Shown: one piece after another, positions 63,907 through 64,000 of the stretch | How positions within the stretch are numbered: the first letter of the stretch is position 1 | Layout: the number at the start of each line of letters is the position of its first letter | Assembly: GCA_043228905.1 (NCBI GenBank) | Contig: JBHGNT010000017.1 | Coordinates: forward strand, 6,324,001-6,388,000 | Origin: Azolla caroliniana | Taxonomy: Eukaryota; Plantae; Polypodiophyta | Length of the DNA stretch: 64,000 bases | Reading direction: 5' to 3' | Notes under the pieces: generated by a model | Told to the model about the DNA's origin: nothing | The model's input: the letters and a program-made list of their open reading frames with translations, nothing else | The model's database searches: none | Translations under genes and position numbers: made by a program

Positions 63907-64000
63907 AGTGCAATCAAGACCAGCAAATAAGAAGACCACTAAAATGTCGGACTCCGACTCATCAAGCTCAACCGAAGATGAGGACACTAGGGGGACGCCA

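Overview
No host gene is visible. The whole window is a deeply nested pile of transposable elements from a land-plant genome. The mix of a Tcn1-type chromovirus, tRNA-Trp-primed non-chromovirus Ty3/Gypsy elements and a Sola-like transposase suggests a bryophyte or other non-seed plant (inference). I can delimit about 20 insertions, many with LTR pairs, PBS, PPT and target-site duplications (TSDs): Copia elements at 7210-13161, 18429-33539 and 34576-59305; Trp-primed Gypsy elements at 1-912, 913-5724, 13167-14990, 22486-29826 and 41506-55948; non-autonomous relatives at 30100-32534 and 48272-51742; a self-priming Tcn1 element at 41007-58534; two LINEs; hAT and Sola-like transposase remnants; and several solo LTRs. 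One solo LTR holds a 9 x 325 bp telobox-rich array. The strongest unexplained signals are: (1) tRNA-type RNA polymerase III A/B boxes at constant 43-44 nt spacing near the U3 end of four different LTR families; (2) a covarying slippery-site plus pseudoknot -1 frameshift signal located after the protease, between PR and RT, in four Gypsy copies; (3) 4-bp CpG-centred TSDs for that Gypsy lineage. Coordinates were read by eye and may be off by a few bases. Lineage names are inferred from motifs, not from database searches.
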